64,000 bases of DNA from Callorhinchus milii (taxonomy: Eukaryota): NCBI RefSeq assembly GCF_018977255.1, contig NW_024704742.1, positions 98,830,001 to 98,894,000 on the forward strand. The letters run 5' to 3'. The position numbers and the translations under genes are program-made. Shown here piece after piece: positions 29,001-39,845 of this stretch. Numbering within the stretch: position 1 is the first letter of the stretch; each line of letters begins with the position of its first letter. The notes beneath the pieces are model-generated. The model had not been told where the DNA came from. It did no database searches and saw only the letters and a list, made by a program, of their open reading frames with translations.

Positions 29001-32000
29001 AACATGTAAGCGAGTGGTAGAATTGGTTCTCATCATTTTTTGCTGAATTTATCTACATTCTTAGCACCAAAGTGTTTCCTGCTCAATTTTTTCCATCTAT
29101 AATATGAGAAATAAAAGGCCAAAAAAATCCATATTTTACCTTGTGAATAATTTTCGGGGGGTAATAATCCCTTCAAGAAAAAATAATAATAACTTGGTCA
29201 CTCGACAGTTTGTGGGACACTGCTGTGCGCAGTTGGCCACCGCGTTTCGCCCACAAAATATAAAAATAAAATAAAAAGTCAATTCACTTTACGGTATATT
29301 CTGTGAAGCACTTTGAGACATCTCAAAGACATGATAAGGTGCTATGTAAAATGCAAGGATTATTATTATGATACAATTGGTAACCCTCACTTCAGGAAGC
29401 CAGGACATGAAATTCTAACCTGAAAAAGGTGAAGTCATTTCAGTGATGCCAATAAGGATCAAAAGTGAGCTGATTGTGACAGTTTCAGCATAATCCACAA
29501 TGGAAGAGTTGACATCTGAAAATTATCTGCAACCTGACACCTAAAAGCAGACAATGGAAACCCCGTTTATCGATGATTGTTGAGAATGGAGTTGAGGTGT
29601 ATTGTGTGCACCATGTAAACGTATAGGGGCCTGACTTTACCATAGACCTGTGATATCTATAATCTGCTTAAAACTATTAATGGATTCAGTGGAGAAATAT
29701 TCAGTAGATTTTAGTACTTAATCATCTTATTAAACTTAATCACAATTCTGTGCTTGGTCATTCTTGATTATTATAAATATATGCAATTTTAATACAATTT
29801 GTTAATTAACTGAATTGTTGAAGATAGATAAAGGTTTGCTTCTGATTTGTTAAAAGGAAATGCATGACTGTGACCTAATTCTTTCATATCCCACATATTT
29901 GTCATATATCCCAGCATTGGCAAAATGTGACAATGGAGTGGCTATCAGTCTTTAAATATGATACTGTAACAGTAAAGTCATTCACATCAGCATTTCAGTG
30001 CTATCTGGTAACAACAAATTTTACAAATTGCAATAAATTGTCTTTCCAAGACAGAGTTAAAGGAAAACTATGGTACAGTATTGTAGAATTCACTGAGCCA
30101 GTTAATGACTCATAGCTGCAAGAAGGAATAATGTCCCATTTAAAAGGATAGTGTCCTAAAGAGTATGAGGTTATGTACTTGAGATCTAACATCTTACATC
30201 TCTTATATGTATATTATATACCTTTGCTGGCTGCTACAGCAGACAAAGCTCAGTGCTTACACGTTCAGTTTGTGTCTGGAAAATGACTTCTTTATGATGT
30301 GTAACTGTTTATGTGGTGCAGTCAGCAGAATAGCACATGACTGTTTTATAGGCGGCTGTATTATGTTTTACTAGTAGAGAATATTGCATACAGGGAACAA
30401 TAATAAAGCAAGTTGCCCATTTTCCAGAATATGATTTATTTTTGTTAAAAATCTATTGTGACCATCATGAATTGTTTGAAGGTTAAATCAAACTCTCTGC
30501 ACAGCAATCCAATCTTCGTGGGAACCGATTACATTTAAATTGACATTTCTGAGCAATTCCTCCCAAGATTTTATTTCACTGGAATTAGCCAATCATTCTC
30601 TCTGACAAAACATGAGGAAACATGACTAACTAGTGACAAGCATTGCCCACATGCTCAAATTGGATCTCATACACAAGTTGGGTTAATGCATGTGTACAGA
30701 TAATTACGGATGTCCTTGGTTATGTAATTAATAAAACGGCTCAAAAAATACCCAGTGAATAGATAAAAGATTTCAAATTAATAGGGGCATATCTTAGTTG
30801 TAATGCTGTGAACAATCTGAAGCACAATTTAAGTCACAAAGTCAGAAGTGGGAATTATAATTAAAGAAACCCTATGGGTTTGGTACACAATAGCTAACAC
30901 TCTGTGAAAAGTGCTCTGTGACCTACATTTCACCTGGTCTATGCCTTAAAATTAAAATCATGCTTTTTATTCAAAATTACTTAATCTAGTCTGTATTTGG
31001 AAAATAGTTTTTAAAAGCATAATATTCTGGAAATTGGTCAGTTGCCTTATTATAGTTCAGTATTCTCTACTAGTGAAGACATCAAAACTTGGAATCCATA
31101 TAGTCTAAATGCTAACACTCCAGTGCAGTCTTGGGGTTGTACTGCATTGTAGGAGTTGCCTTCCTTCAGATGAGATTTAAACCAAGGTCCTGTTTGCCTG
31201 TTCATGATCTAAGGTACCATTCAAAAACTGGATGGAGCTTCTCCCAGTGCCCTGGCCAAAAATCCTGTAAATAAAATTGATTTTCACTTCACGACTGTTT
31301 GTGGAACATTGCTATGCACAAATTGGTTGCTGCATTTTCCCACAAAACACTCGCTACTAATCCCAATAAGGCCAGAATCTACTTGAGGGCAAGATTGCAC
31401 TACATTTTGACATTTCCTCCAGTGTTTGAATGCCACTAAGTTCCTAAGAGGAATAGGATATTCCTAAGAGGAATAGGATATTCCTCTCAGAAAACAAAGT
31501 GCACTGTTTGCAATGGAAATCCACCAGGCTATTGGCTGCAGACTTCCCTTCTTTTGATTGAATGTTGTGCTTGTTAAAATGAAATCTCTAATTTCCCTTT
31601 TTTGCACCATGCTACACTTAGATCAAAATTGCCGAGACTAAACATTTCAGATACATTTATTCCAGTCTTAACAACAAACAACAACAACAAAATTACATTT
31701 GTAGAGCGCTTTTCACGTCGTGAGGACGTCCCAAAGCGCTGAAACAGTATTTGTAGAGATGAAATCCATAGCCTCTTCTGTCTGAGGTTCTTTTCCACTA
31801 AGTAAGTTTCAAAATGCCATCATGATCACATTTGGAGTGGAGTCCTGTAGCTCAGTGGTTAAAGCACTTGCTTTGCAAGTGAGAGACCCAGATTCGATTC
31901 CCGGCAGGATGAAACCTTGGGCAAGTTTCCTTACTCCACATACCTGATGATAATCCCTCAAAAAATCATAATAAATTGGTCATTTCAATCCATGACCGTT

Positions 32001-35000
32001 TGTGGGACACTACAGTGCGCAATTGGCTGCCGCATTCGCCCAGAAATATACAGTCAATCCACTTTACAGTCTATTCTGTGAAGCGTTTTGAGACATCTTG
32101 AAGACATGAAAAGTGCTATATCAAATGCAAGGATTATTATTATTTATATACTGGTAAATCCTTCTCTATCCTCCGCATCCAAGCTTCTAGAGTAACTGGT
32201 AAGAACACCCATTATAGGTTTCTTATACTTACAATCATAGATTCACAGAATTATACAGCACAGAAGCAGGCCATTCAGCCCATCGTGTCTGTCCTGGCTC
32301 TTTGAAAGAGCTATCCAAATGAGTCCCACTTCCCCGCTCTCTCCCCATAGCCCTGCAAATTTGTCCTCCCCAATTTTTATATGAGATTTCCCACTATCAC
32401 CAGCATCAATCCAACCTTTTTCCAGCAATGTGTTCCATTTGTTAATTACCCTCTGGGTAAAGAAATACTTCCTTGTATCAAATGCTTTGATAATAATAGT
32501 AAAATATTAAAATATTGAAATAAGGTCTCCCAACTGAGAGTAGAAAACAGTATTGACAGAATCTTTGACAATTTTGACCATCCGTAGCCCCCACTGTGTG
32601 CCAACCTGAAACTCTCCAAAGTTGAAAATAAGAAGGTCTTCCCCGACTTACATTGTTAATTTTTGCAGTGGGAGTAAGCCAGGTGGGAGGGGGGGGTGAG
32701 GAGGGGTAGCTGAGGAAGGGAGAGAAAATAGACGAAAGGGTGGTTGAAGCCATGGGTCTTGAAGCAGGTTTTGAAGATGGTGGGGGGAGGTGGATGGAAT
32801 TCCAGAGAATAGGAGCTGAATGTTTGAATACAACAACAAATTACATTTGTATAGCGCCTTTCATATCAGGAGGACGTCCCAAAGTAGTGACATGCATCCA
32901 TCGATGGTGGGGTGGATCAGGCAAGGGACATGAAGCAGGCCAATGTTTGCCGAGCGACGGGAGCAGCCAGGGACACACAAAACCAAATAAAATAAAGAAC
33001 AGTTCAGTTGTAAATGAAACTTCAACATATACAAGGTATTTTTTGCATGAAACTTTCTTAAATAGAAGTGCTCAGACATTTGCAAACATAAGTGGTTTTA
33101 GTTGGAAAAATATACTAACTTATTTTCTGTGGTACAATTTTCAGATTGACAAAGCACAATATGATAAAATCCTCAATTTAATTGAGAGTGGGAAGAAGGA
33201 AGGAGCCAAGCTGGAGTGCGGAGGTTTGCCTTGGGGAGATAAAGGCTTCTACATTCAGCCTACAGTATTCTCAGATGTCACAGATGAGATGCGCATTGCC
33301 AAGGAAGAGGTAATATAGAGATAGATACATGCCAGCTGGTATTGCACTTATATCTTTTAGAGTTCTATTCCTCATTTGGAACTGCTCGCTAGAAAGGGGA
33401 ATATGTTTTGTTTGAGTGTTTAAATAACAATCCTTTCTTGGGCTGCTTGTTAACTCTGACAGTATTATGCCTGAGTAAGGATCCTGACACATGATGTCAG
33501 TCTAGCTAACTTGATAAAGACCCAGTTTGTGATGCTGGATTATTCCACCTCGGGGGAGGAAATATTGGCAAAGGTTCTATCACACACCAGAAAAGCATAC
33601 CTCCTAACAACCCATCAAGGAACAGTATTGTTAACAGCCATAAAGTCTGCAGTTCAGATCATCCGAGCTGACTGGGTTCAAAGGAATGTAACAATGTGGA
33701 ATACAGCTGGAAATGTTGGATTTATTTTATTAACAAAAATAATATTATCTCACAGGAATCTAGGCATGTGCAGAACAGGGAAAGAACATGGCAGTCCATC
33801 TGGCTTGACCCATTTTCACATACCATCTCTCAAGCTCTCACATATTCCCAAATATACTGCCATAAATAATAAAGCCAATTCCTTCTTGAAACCACACTAT
33901 CCTCCTCAACAACCCCCTTTCAATCTTCTAATTGGATTGAGCTTTTAAAGCACTTCATTAATGTACTTTAAATAAACACTTAAACTCGCACAAGTTTTAT
34001 CATTCAGGACCATAACATTTAATATGACTTACACAAAGTATGAATAACAGGCAAACTTGTATAAATCAAATAAAATTCAATTTAATCAACAATCTACACT
34101 GCGCATGCATAGTTCAGTGCAGCCAATATGTGGTAATGAGTCAAGACTATGTTTCCCTCGATTCAAAGCATGTTCACCCATCTCCGCATTCCCACTTACC
34201 AGCAACTATTGCAATTACATTGAATCACGGAAAATGAAGTTCTTCTGCACACGCGGAGACAGGTCAAAATTACGTTTCCAGTGATTCAATGCAGCCCTTG
34301 CAAGTAAGTGTGCATGCATCGATGGGTCAAGACGTAATTTCCCGCGATTCAATACAGCCGAGAGTTATGGAGGATAGGGCAGCAGTGTTACGAGTTAGGA
34401 GATGATTTGTTTATAAAATAAGACTAGTGCAAAAAAAGTAAGTGTTTTGATAAGAAGCTTGGGTGCACTATGACTTAGACAATTATACGATTTATAAAGA
34501 TAAGACTTATGCAAGTTTTACTGTGTATGTGTATACATATTTACAGTGTAGGTATATATATATAAACAATTAACACATTCTGAAAGCATTAGTCCAATCA
34601 GTCCTGATTTAGAATACTGTCATCCTTCAGGCTGGCAATTCCCAGCTTGATAAATTTCCTTAACACTTGATTTTTCTCTTTTATTTGGAAAGATCTTTGG
34701 GCCAGTGCAACAGATCTTCAAGTTTAAAGCAATAGATGAAGTTATTAAGAGAGCCAACAATACCCAATATGGTTTGGTTGCTGCAGTTTTCACCAAAGAC
34801 ATTAATAAAGCCATGACATTGGCTTCAGCTCTTCAAGCTGGTACTGTTTGGTAAGTATCTTGAGATATAATCTATTTCAATTTTATACTGGGAAATCTTG
34901 TTATAATATGGTCATCTATGGTCATCTATCAATAGTGCAGATACCATGTTACAGAAAAATAGACGACTTCCATGTGGTTAGGTTGACACTGAAGTCACTT

Positions 35001-37203
35001 CTGCGCACATGGAAACACATGTGAATAGTACAACAACAACTTACATTTATATAGCCCCCTTCCCTGGGCAGCATCTTGGAGTACTTGAATTTTGTTAATA
35101 TCACTTCCTGTGCACTGCACATATGTATTATGCACAAGCACTGCTGACATGACCAGTATGGCTCAACAAGTGCTGGAAGTGACATCAGGAATGCTTTCTG
35201 CACAGAGGAAGTGATGAAGGCACCATTTTTTTTATGTAGAAGCCAACTAATCAGCACATGAAGCTGGGGAACCAGTGCTATAACCCAAACCTTGCTAAAA
35301 CAAAGAGTGACATAATAAGGTTGCCTTATAAAATTCAGTGATGTTTTCACACAGCTCTGCTGGTAAAATAGGAGTTCTACTGTGTTGCATTACAATATTA
35401 ATATTCCTGCAGGGTTAACTGCTACAATGCCCTGCACGTTCAGAGTCCTTTTGGTGGATTTAAAATGTCTGGAAATGGTAGAGAAATGTAAGTATTGAAA
35501 ATGAATATGAGTTCTTATTTATTTAACTCTTTACTGTTTCTAAAGGATATTGATGACCTTATTGTGAATGAATGTGATGTTTTGGGTTGGACATCACTTT
35601 ATGCTGCAAAGCACATGATAATCTGTAGAAACAAGTGTCTGGTTGTGAGAAAGTTGGGATTTTTAGCTGCTTCATGACCAACATGGAGACATTAAGGAGA
35701 AAATATGTTTAAGACCCAACATTTGCAAGATTGCGGTTGGGATAGAGTTAAAACATTTTTAATGAGATTGACCTTCCAGTATAGGATTATAGCTCATTGT
35801 GCAAAACTCAGGTTGATCTGACGTAAATTATACACAAAGGACCAAAATGGTCCCATGGATGTACACATTTATTTCTCAAAAGTAACATTGGTAATGTCAA
35901 GGAGGATAATTTTCAATATTTGTAAATTCAAGTATGTTGTTGTAAATTGATTTGTAAATAGCAAATCCTTTAGTTATCCGATAGGTCCAAATTCCACCTA
36001 CTCTTAAACTGTGTTTACATTGTAAGATTTAGCTAATTGTGCAGAATCGGGAACAAAAATTCAATTTAGTCTTAATTACCATAGCACATAAGAAGAACCA
36101 GCTTCAAAATTAAAATTGATTTAAGAATGTTCTACAATTCTGCGCGATAGTTAAATTTAAAGCAAAATTCGCTTTTTTGTAGACTAAGACTAGATAGAAT
36201 TTTGGACCTTGAATATCTAGGGTCAACTTTTCAGAACTCAGCACTGTTGCTAATCTCCTGGCCACTGGAAGCCCCTTTTAAATGCAATCTTGTTTCATGG
36301 ATCAGAATCTGAACTAATAGTTGGAGCAGAGAACTAGAGGGCTAGCCTGAGATCCATTCTAGGAACTTGGAAGTATTTGATTTGAGAATCTCACATTTTA
36401 GAGCCCAATACCACCCCCACCCCTCATGCCCATTTAAAAAATAAAAAGCTTGTGACATGAAAATAAAATCATCCCTCCAAGCCCATTCCCTTCACAGCCA
36501 AAAAGGTACCGAATTATGTACTTAACCACATCTTTTCCAGAGAAAACTTAACAAACTGATTGCTGTGTTTGCTTTCAAAATACAAAATTTCAAAACATGT
36601 ACAGTAAAGCACTTTGAGACATCCTCTCGATAACACATACCAGTAAAATTAATTTATTGTTTAAAAATTCCCAAATCGCAAAATTAAATTGGGGAAAGGT
36701 TTCAAACATTTAGTATTTGTTCATCTCATGTGTAAACATTTACATCTCAATGGAAACTCAATCTCAGGTTGCATTATTCCCTAAATCCTTCAATACTGCT
36801 CTCAAGTAATGTTTCACAATGACATGGTTTTAATTGGTTTAATTTCAGCAGTACAGCCCTCCAACTTGTACTCTAGGGTCCCCAAGCCTTGGCTCCTACC
36901 AACCTGTGCCTGATACCTTCTGGGAAGGGCGTGTGCAGAAAATTTCCAAGCATAGATGACATGAGGATGTGGATACTCTTAAGCATAGCAATGGGTTTCT
37001 ATGTGCGTCAGACACCCAGCTGACCAAACTAAGAAACACAGATTTCATCGAGTTCTTATTTGATGCAGGCTGCATATAATTTAATTCAGTGACTAGTGAA
37101 TGTAATTGTTTTAATGTTGATTTTCCCTAGGGGAGAATATGGTCTCCAGGAATACACAGAGGTAAAGACGATCACCATCAAAATTCCTCAGAAAAATTCG
37201 TAA
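4960..37203 (+). CDS. ALDH1A1: Retinal dehydrogenase 1 / cytosolic ALDH1A-family gene, complete 13-exon CDS join(4960-5052,5893-5997,14771-14911,16818-16947,21256-21317,21739-21867,26114-26227,26906-27008,27668-27852,33145-33309,34693-34850,35413-35487,37131-37203), 510 aa
   Basis: Spliced by hand: all introns are GT-AG, phases are compatible and the 1533-nt frame is open. Motifs include PWNFPL, KPAEQTP, FTGSTEVG, LELGGK (catalytic Glu), FNQGQCC (catalytic Cys), EEIFGP and C-terminal PQKNS, with no mitochondrial leader. The 1A1 assignment rests on the short N-terminus and synteny with a TMC1/2 gene; ALDH1A family membership is certain. Confidence 0.88.
5893..5997 (+). CDS. ALDH1A1: ALDH1A1 exon 2 ([35 protein letters not shown])
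   Basis: tgcag|ATC...AAG|gtgggt, 105 nt. Confidence 0.97.
9130..10000 (-). mobile_element. Degenerate CR1-like LINE fragment
   Basis: Reverse strand shows decayed CR1 ORF2 C-terminal and 3' UTR features. Confidence 0.6.
10025..10430 (+). mobile_element. DeuSINE-like SINE, near full length
   Basis: tRNA-like head agcctggctcagttggtagc, Deu-like core and L2-type tail. Confidence 0.8.
10860..11164 (-). mobile_element. Same tRNA-derived SINE family, minus-strand copy
   Basis: Reverse complement gtcctgtagctcagtggttagagcattgcctcgcaagtgagagacctgggttcgattcctggcagg...(att)n. Confidence 0.9.
14771..14911 (+). CDS. ALDH1A1: ALDH1A1 exon 3 ([47 protein letters not shown])
   Basis: tttag|GTG...AGT|gtgagt, 141 nt. 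Confidence 0.97.
16818..16947 (+). CDS. ALDH1A1: ALDH1A1 exon 4 ([43 protein letters not shown])
   Basis: tctag|ACA...GTG G|gtaggt, 130 nt; not in the ORF track. Confidence 0.96.
17668..18108 (-). mobile_element. L2 LINE 3' fragment (same family) nested in a DeuSINE-like copy
   Basis: Matches 43916-44400; ORF end [13 protein letters not shown]...[18 protein letters not shown]. Confidence 0.92.
19800..20170 (+). mobile_element. Degenerate L2 ORF2 fragment
   Basis: Encodes [26 protein letters not shown]...[14 protein letters not shown]; contains a 20-bp tandem duplication at 19854-19894. Confidence 0.85.
21256..21317 (+). CDS. ALDH1A1: ALDH1A1 exon 5 ([21 protein letters not shown])
   Basis: tgtag|AC...CCC|gtgagt, 62 nt. 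Confidence 0.96.
21739..21867 (+). CDS. ALDH1A1: ALDH1A1 exon 6 ([43 protein letters not shown])
   Basis: tgcag|TGG...GAG|gtaaga, 129 nt. Confidence 0.97.
24041..24074. repeat. (ATTC)n microsatellite
   Basis: About 8 perfect units. Confidence 0.95.
25665..26070 (+). mobile_element. DeuSINE-like (SacSINE1/AmnSINE1-type core) SINE
   Basis: Core tgctgcattgtcggaggtgcc..ttcagatgagac..taaaccgaggtcc....cctgttca.gtggatgttaaagatccca.ggcactattc. Other copies at ~10025-10430, 13235-13525(-), 17520-17667 plus 18109-18355, 23625-23960, 24690-24960, 31095-31350, 37795-38190, 49630-50065 and 51725-52115. Family name assigned from memory. Confidence 0.8.
26114..26227 (+). CDS. ALDH1A1: ALDH1A1 exon 7 ([38 protein letters not shown])
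   Basis: cgcag|GCA...GAG|gtacct, 114 nt. Confidence 0.96.
26906..27008 (+). CDS. ALDH1A1: ALDH1A1 exon 8 ([34 protein letters not shown])
   Basis: ttcag|GTT...GAC T|gttagt, 103 nt; catalytic Glu motif. Confidence 0.97.
27176..27204. repeat. (AGAC)n microsatellite
   Basis: About 7 perfect units. Confidence 0.95.
27668..27852 (+). CDS. ALDH1A1: ALDH1A1 exon 9 ([31 protein letters not shown]...HGPQ)
   Basis: cacag|TG...CAG|gtacta, 185 nt; catalytic Cys motif. Confidence 0.97.
31441..31485. repeat. 20-bp perfect tandem duplication
   Basis: ttcctaagaggaataggata x2 plus ttcct. Confidence 0.9.
31837..32143 (+). mobile_element. tRNA(Ala)-like-headed SINE with L2-type 3' tail, near-complete copy
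   Basis: A box TAGCTCAGTGG, B box TTCGATTCC, body gcgcaattggctgccgc, tail aagcgttttgagac...tcaaatgcaagg(att)n. Relatives at 10860-11164(-), 20190-20385, 29150-29370, 57827-58015, 58043-58680, 59215-59450(-) and 63405-63757(-). Confidence 0.9.
32232..32475 (-). mobile_element. CR1 3' UTR fragment
   Basis: Reverse complement of the 52730-52845 tail (acagcacagaagcaggccattcagcccatcg...gctctttgaaagagc). Confidence 0.8.
33145..33309 (+). CDS. ALDH1A1: ALDH1A1 exon 10 ([27 protein letters not shown]...MRIAKEE)
   Basis: ttcag|ATT...GAG|gtaata, 165 nt. Confidence 0.97.
34090..34520 (+). repeat. Unclassified repeat with internal ~40-bp subunits, copy 1
   Basis: Colinear with 39375-39845 (tggaggataggg...acgagttaggagatga). 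Confidence 0.8.
34693..34850 (+). CDS. ALDH1A1: ALDH1A1 exon 11 ([53 protein letters not shown])
   Basis: gaaag|ATC...TG|gtaagt, 158 nt. Confidence 0.96.
35413..35487 (+). CDS. ALDH1A1: ALDH1A1 exon 12 ([25 protein letters not shown])
   Basis: tgcag|G...AT|gtaagt, 75 nt. Confidence 0.96.
35984..36208. mobile_element. MITE-like element with imperfect terminal inverted repeats
   Basis: ggtccaaattccaccta ... tagatagaattttggacc; related half-copy at ~57168-57274. Confidence 0.55.
37131..37203 (+). CDS. ALDH1A1: ALDH1A1 exon 13, coding part ([23 protein letters not shown])
   Basis: cctag|G GGA...TCG TAA. Confidence 0.97.
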
Positions 37204-37493
37204 GATGTCCTAAAGCAAAATACTTAATGCCTCAAGATTTAGGAACAGACTGGATACCACAACAGGAAGATTTTTAAACGACGACCGTTCAGTGAATACT
37301 GTTTCATCTGTGTGGTTTCATAATCATGCAGACCAATGTTTTGAAGCTGCTGTGGCTCACAAAGCTTTAACAATAATATGTGTTAGTAGTATTCATCCCA
37401 TAGTATTTATGTAGCAAAACTCAACAGAAATGTTTAAAGTTTTACTTGTTTTCAGTTTGAAATCTTTATTTCTAGCACTTCTGACTTGTCATA

Positions 37494-37499
37494 AATAAA
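37494..37499 (+). terminator. Candidate ALDH1A1 polyadenylation signal AATAAA
   Basis: AATAAA ~290 nt after the stop, followed by GT/T-rich sequence. Confidence 0.55.
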
Positions 37500-39374
37500 A
37501 GTCTTATCTCAGCAACTTCAGTCAAAGTGGTTACTGTCACCTATCTTTTGTCATTTAAAAAAAATGATTTCAGTGATGTTTACTAAGCCTGGAAATTGCT
37601 TTGCTTTTATAGGTGCATTATTTGAAATGTCAATGAACTGCCTGGCTTATTTAAGATCAATTATTTTTAAACAATTTTGTCAGACAGAAAGTGAATTATT
37701 AAAATGAAACCATAATGAATCATTTTCATAACAAAATGGGGAATACAAGCTTCGACAAGTACACAAATCAATTCCCTGTTACAACCAAGCGGAGAACTAT
37801 ATGGCTCAGTTGATTAGGTTCTGATCTCTATTTTAGAAGAATGGGGGATTAAGACACATATCTGGACTTGAATTCGAAGTCAAGACTTACACTTCAGTGC
37901 AGTACTGAGGAATGATGCATTGTCAAAAGGTGCTGTCTTTTAAATGAGCTATTAAACCAAGGTCCTGCCTGCCTGATTGTCAGGTGGACAGTACGCTTCC
38001 CATGATATTGTATGAAAAGAGAAAGGAGCTTTTCCTGGTATTCCTTGGCCAACCGTTCCCCCAGATTAATTTAGTCACAAAATATTGTGTGGGGCAAATG
38101 ACTTACACTTTTACTTACAGTACACTTGACTATAATTTGCAAAGCACTTTGAGATGTTTAAACATGATATGGCATATTTAAACATGATAAGACAGGTTCT
38201 TTTGTGTTTTCTCGTATGCTTTTCATTGTGGTTTATTTATTCTAATTCAAACCTTGGTGATCAATGGATGGTGCAGTCCACATCAACGTATGAAGTAGAT
38301 CCTGCTAAATTTTCTTTTCGATCCCCTAGTCGTTTATATTTATCCTAATTGTGTTCCCTGGTTACAGACTCCCTAGCCCGTGGGAACAGCCTATCAACCT
38401 TGTCTGCCTGCATCAATCCCTCCATTTATTCAATAACGTTGTAGGAAGAAAGAGAAAGCTGTAATTTGTCTTAAATTGCATTTTATTAAAAGAAAAGCAA
38501 ATCTTAGTTGAAATAAAAAAGCACTTGGAGACAGGTTTTTATGCGGCTACCAACATTTATGCAGTATCAACATTTTCTTATGGTTTCATATCAAAACACA
38601 GAGTCAAAGGTCATATGTCACACTAGATTATTATCAGTCGCTCTGATTCCAACTAAAAGTTTTTCCTATAGTAACTGATGATAAACTGGTGATTTTGTTT
38701 ACATCCAAAAGATCCAATTATTACATGCCTATGTAGTTGAGGAAGCTATTTTCTATGTATAACTGGCTCCAAGGCCTCAAAGTAAAACGTGATGTCCAGA
38801 ATCATAGAATTTTACACCCATTTTGCCACCTCTGAAAGAGCTATGTATTTAAACCCACCAATGGTATTTTACATTTGAGTTTTGCAAATATTTGCCAATT
38901 TCCCTTTTAAAAGTATAATCAACATACTGAGGAAGAAGCAGCACTGGTTTGAAATTTAACCCTGGAACAATGGACATGACAGCCTGATCTTGTCTGCCTA
39001 ACTCAATCCTTCCACCTCACTCTCAATTTATGTCTTTGAAACCAAACTTAAGGCCTTCTTTGACTGTGCCAAAGGTCACTGCCCCCTGCTCCGTTGCTCT
39101 GCATTCAACCCCACTACTGTGTAGCACTCTAAGACTTAATACTGCATGAAGGGCACTATAAAATGCAAGTTGTGTTGTTCAATGATTTTCTTGTCCCTAC
39201 GATTGTGCATCAGGAAGCGCCAACCTTACCTCGGTGGCAATTTTCTAACCACCTGCAGGAGAGGATGTCTTTCTCAATTGCTAGATCTATGAAGGACTTA
39301 TGCAAAATCTGAGTTCCAGGCAAACATGTACAAATTGTATAAAATCTGATTTAATGTATAATTCACACATGGGT

Positions 39375-39845
39375 AATTCAATACAGCCTGTAAGCGCGCA
39401 TCTGCTATTTCTGCACTACAGCTAGTAAGTGCTAATGATGTGATATAATAATAATCCTTGTGATGGATCAAGACTACAATTCCTGTGATTCAATGCTTCT
39501 TGACCAGTTGCCGCATGTGCACTTACCGGCAAGCATTGGAAACATATTGAATCATGTACAAGTAAGTTCTTCTGCACATGTGGCAATGGATCAAGATAGC
39601 ATTTCCCGCACTTCAATGTAGGCGGCCAGTAGTGTGCGTGCTGTGACGGATCAAGACATCATTTCCTGTGATTCAATGGAGCCGGTAAGTGTGGGAGTAA
39701 TGGAGGATAGGGGAGCCGTGTGACGAGTTAGGAGATGAATAATACAACTACAGCAAATAAACCTCAGTGGTTTTAATAGGAAGCCGAATGGGATTCGGTG
39801 CGACTTAGATGCTTATATGATTGATAAGGATACAAGTTTTATACA
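39375..39845 (+). repeat. Unclassified repeat with internal ~40-bp subunits, copy 2
   Basis: Three ggatcaaga...ttcc.g...ttcaatg units; colinear with 34090-34520. Confidence 0.8.

Noticed and set aside
31840..31910. tRNA-like sequence with A and B boxes (also 11095-11160)
   Set aside because: It continues directly into SINE body and tail with many diverged copies, so it is a SINE head, not a tRNA gene.
32740..33318. 192-aa ORF ending in ALDH sequence
   Set aside because: It is intronic repeat sequence running open into exon 10; the real exon starts at the AG acceptor, 33145.
39460..39685. Spaced ~40-bp repeats resembling a CRISPR array
   Set aside because: The units are degenerate and irregularly spaced, belong to a dispersed eukaryotic repeat, and there are no cas genes.
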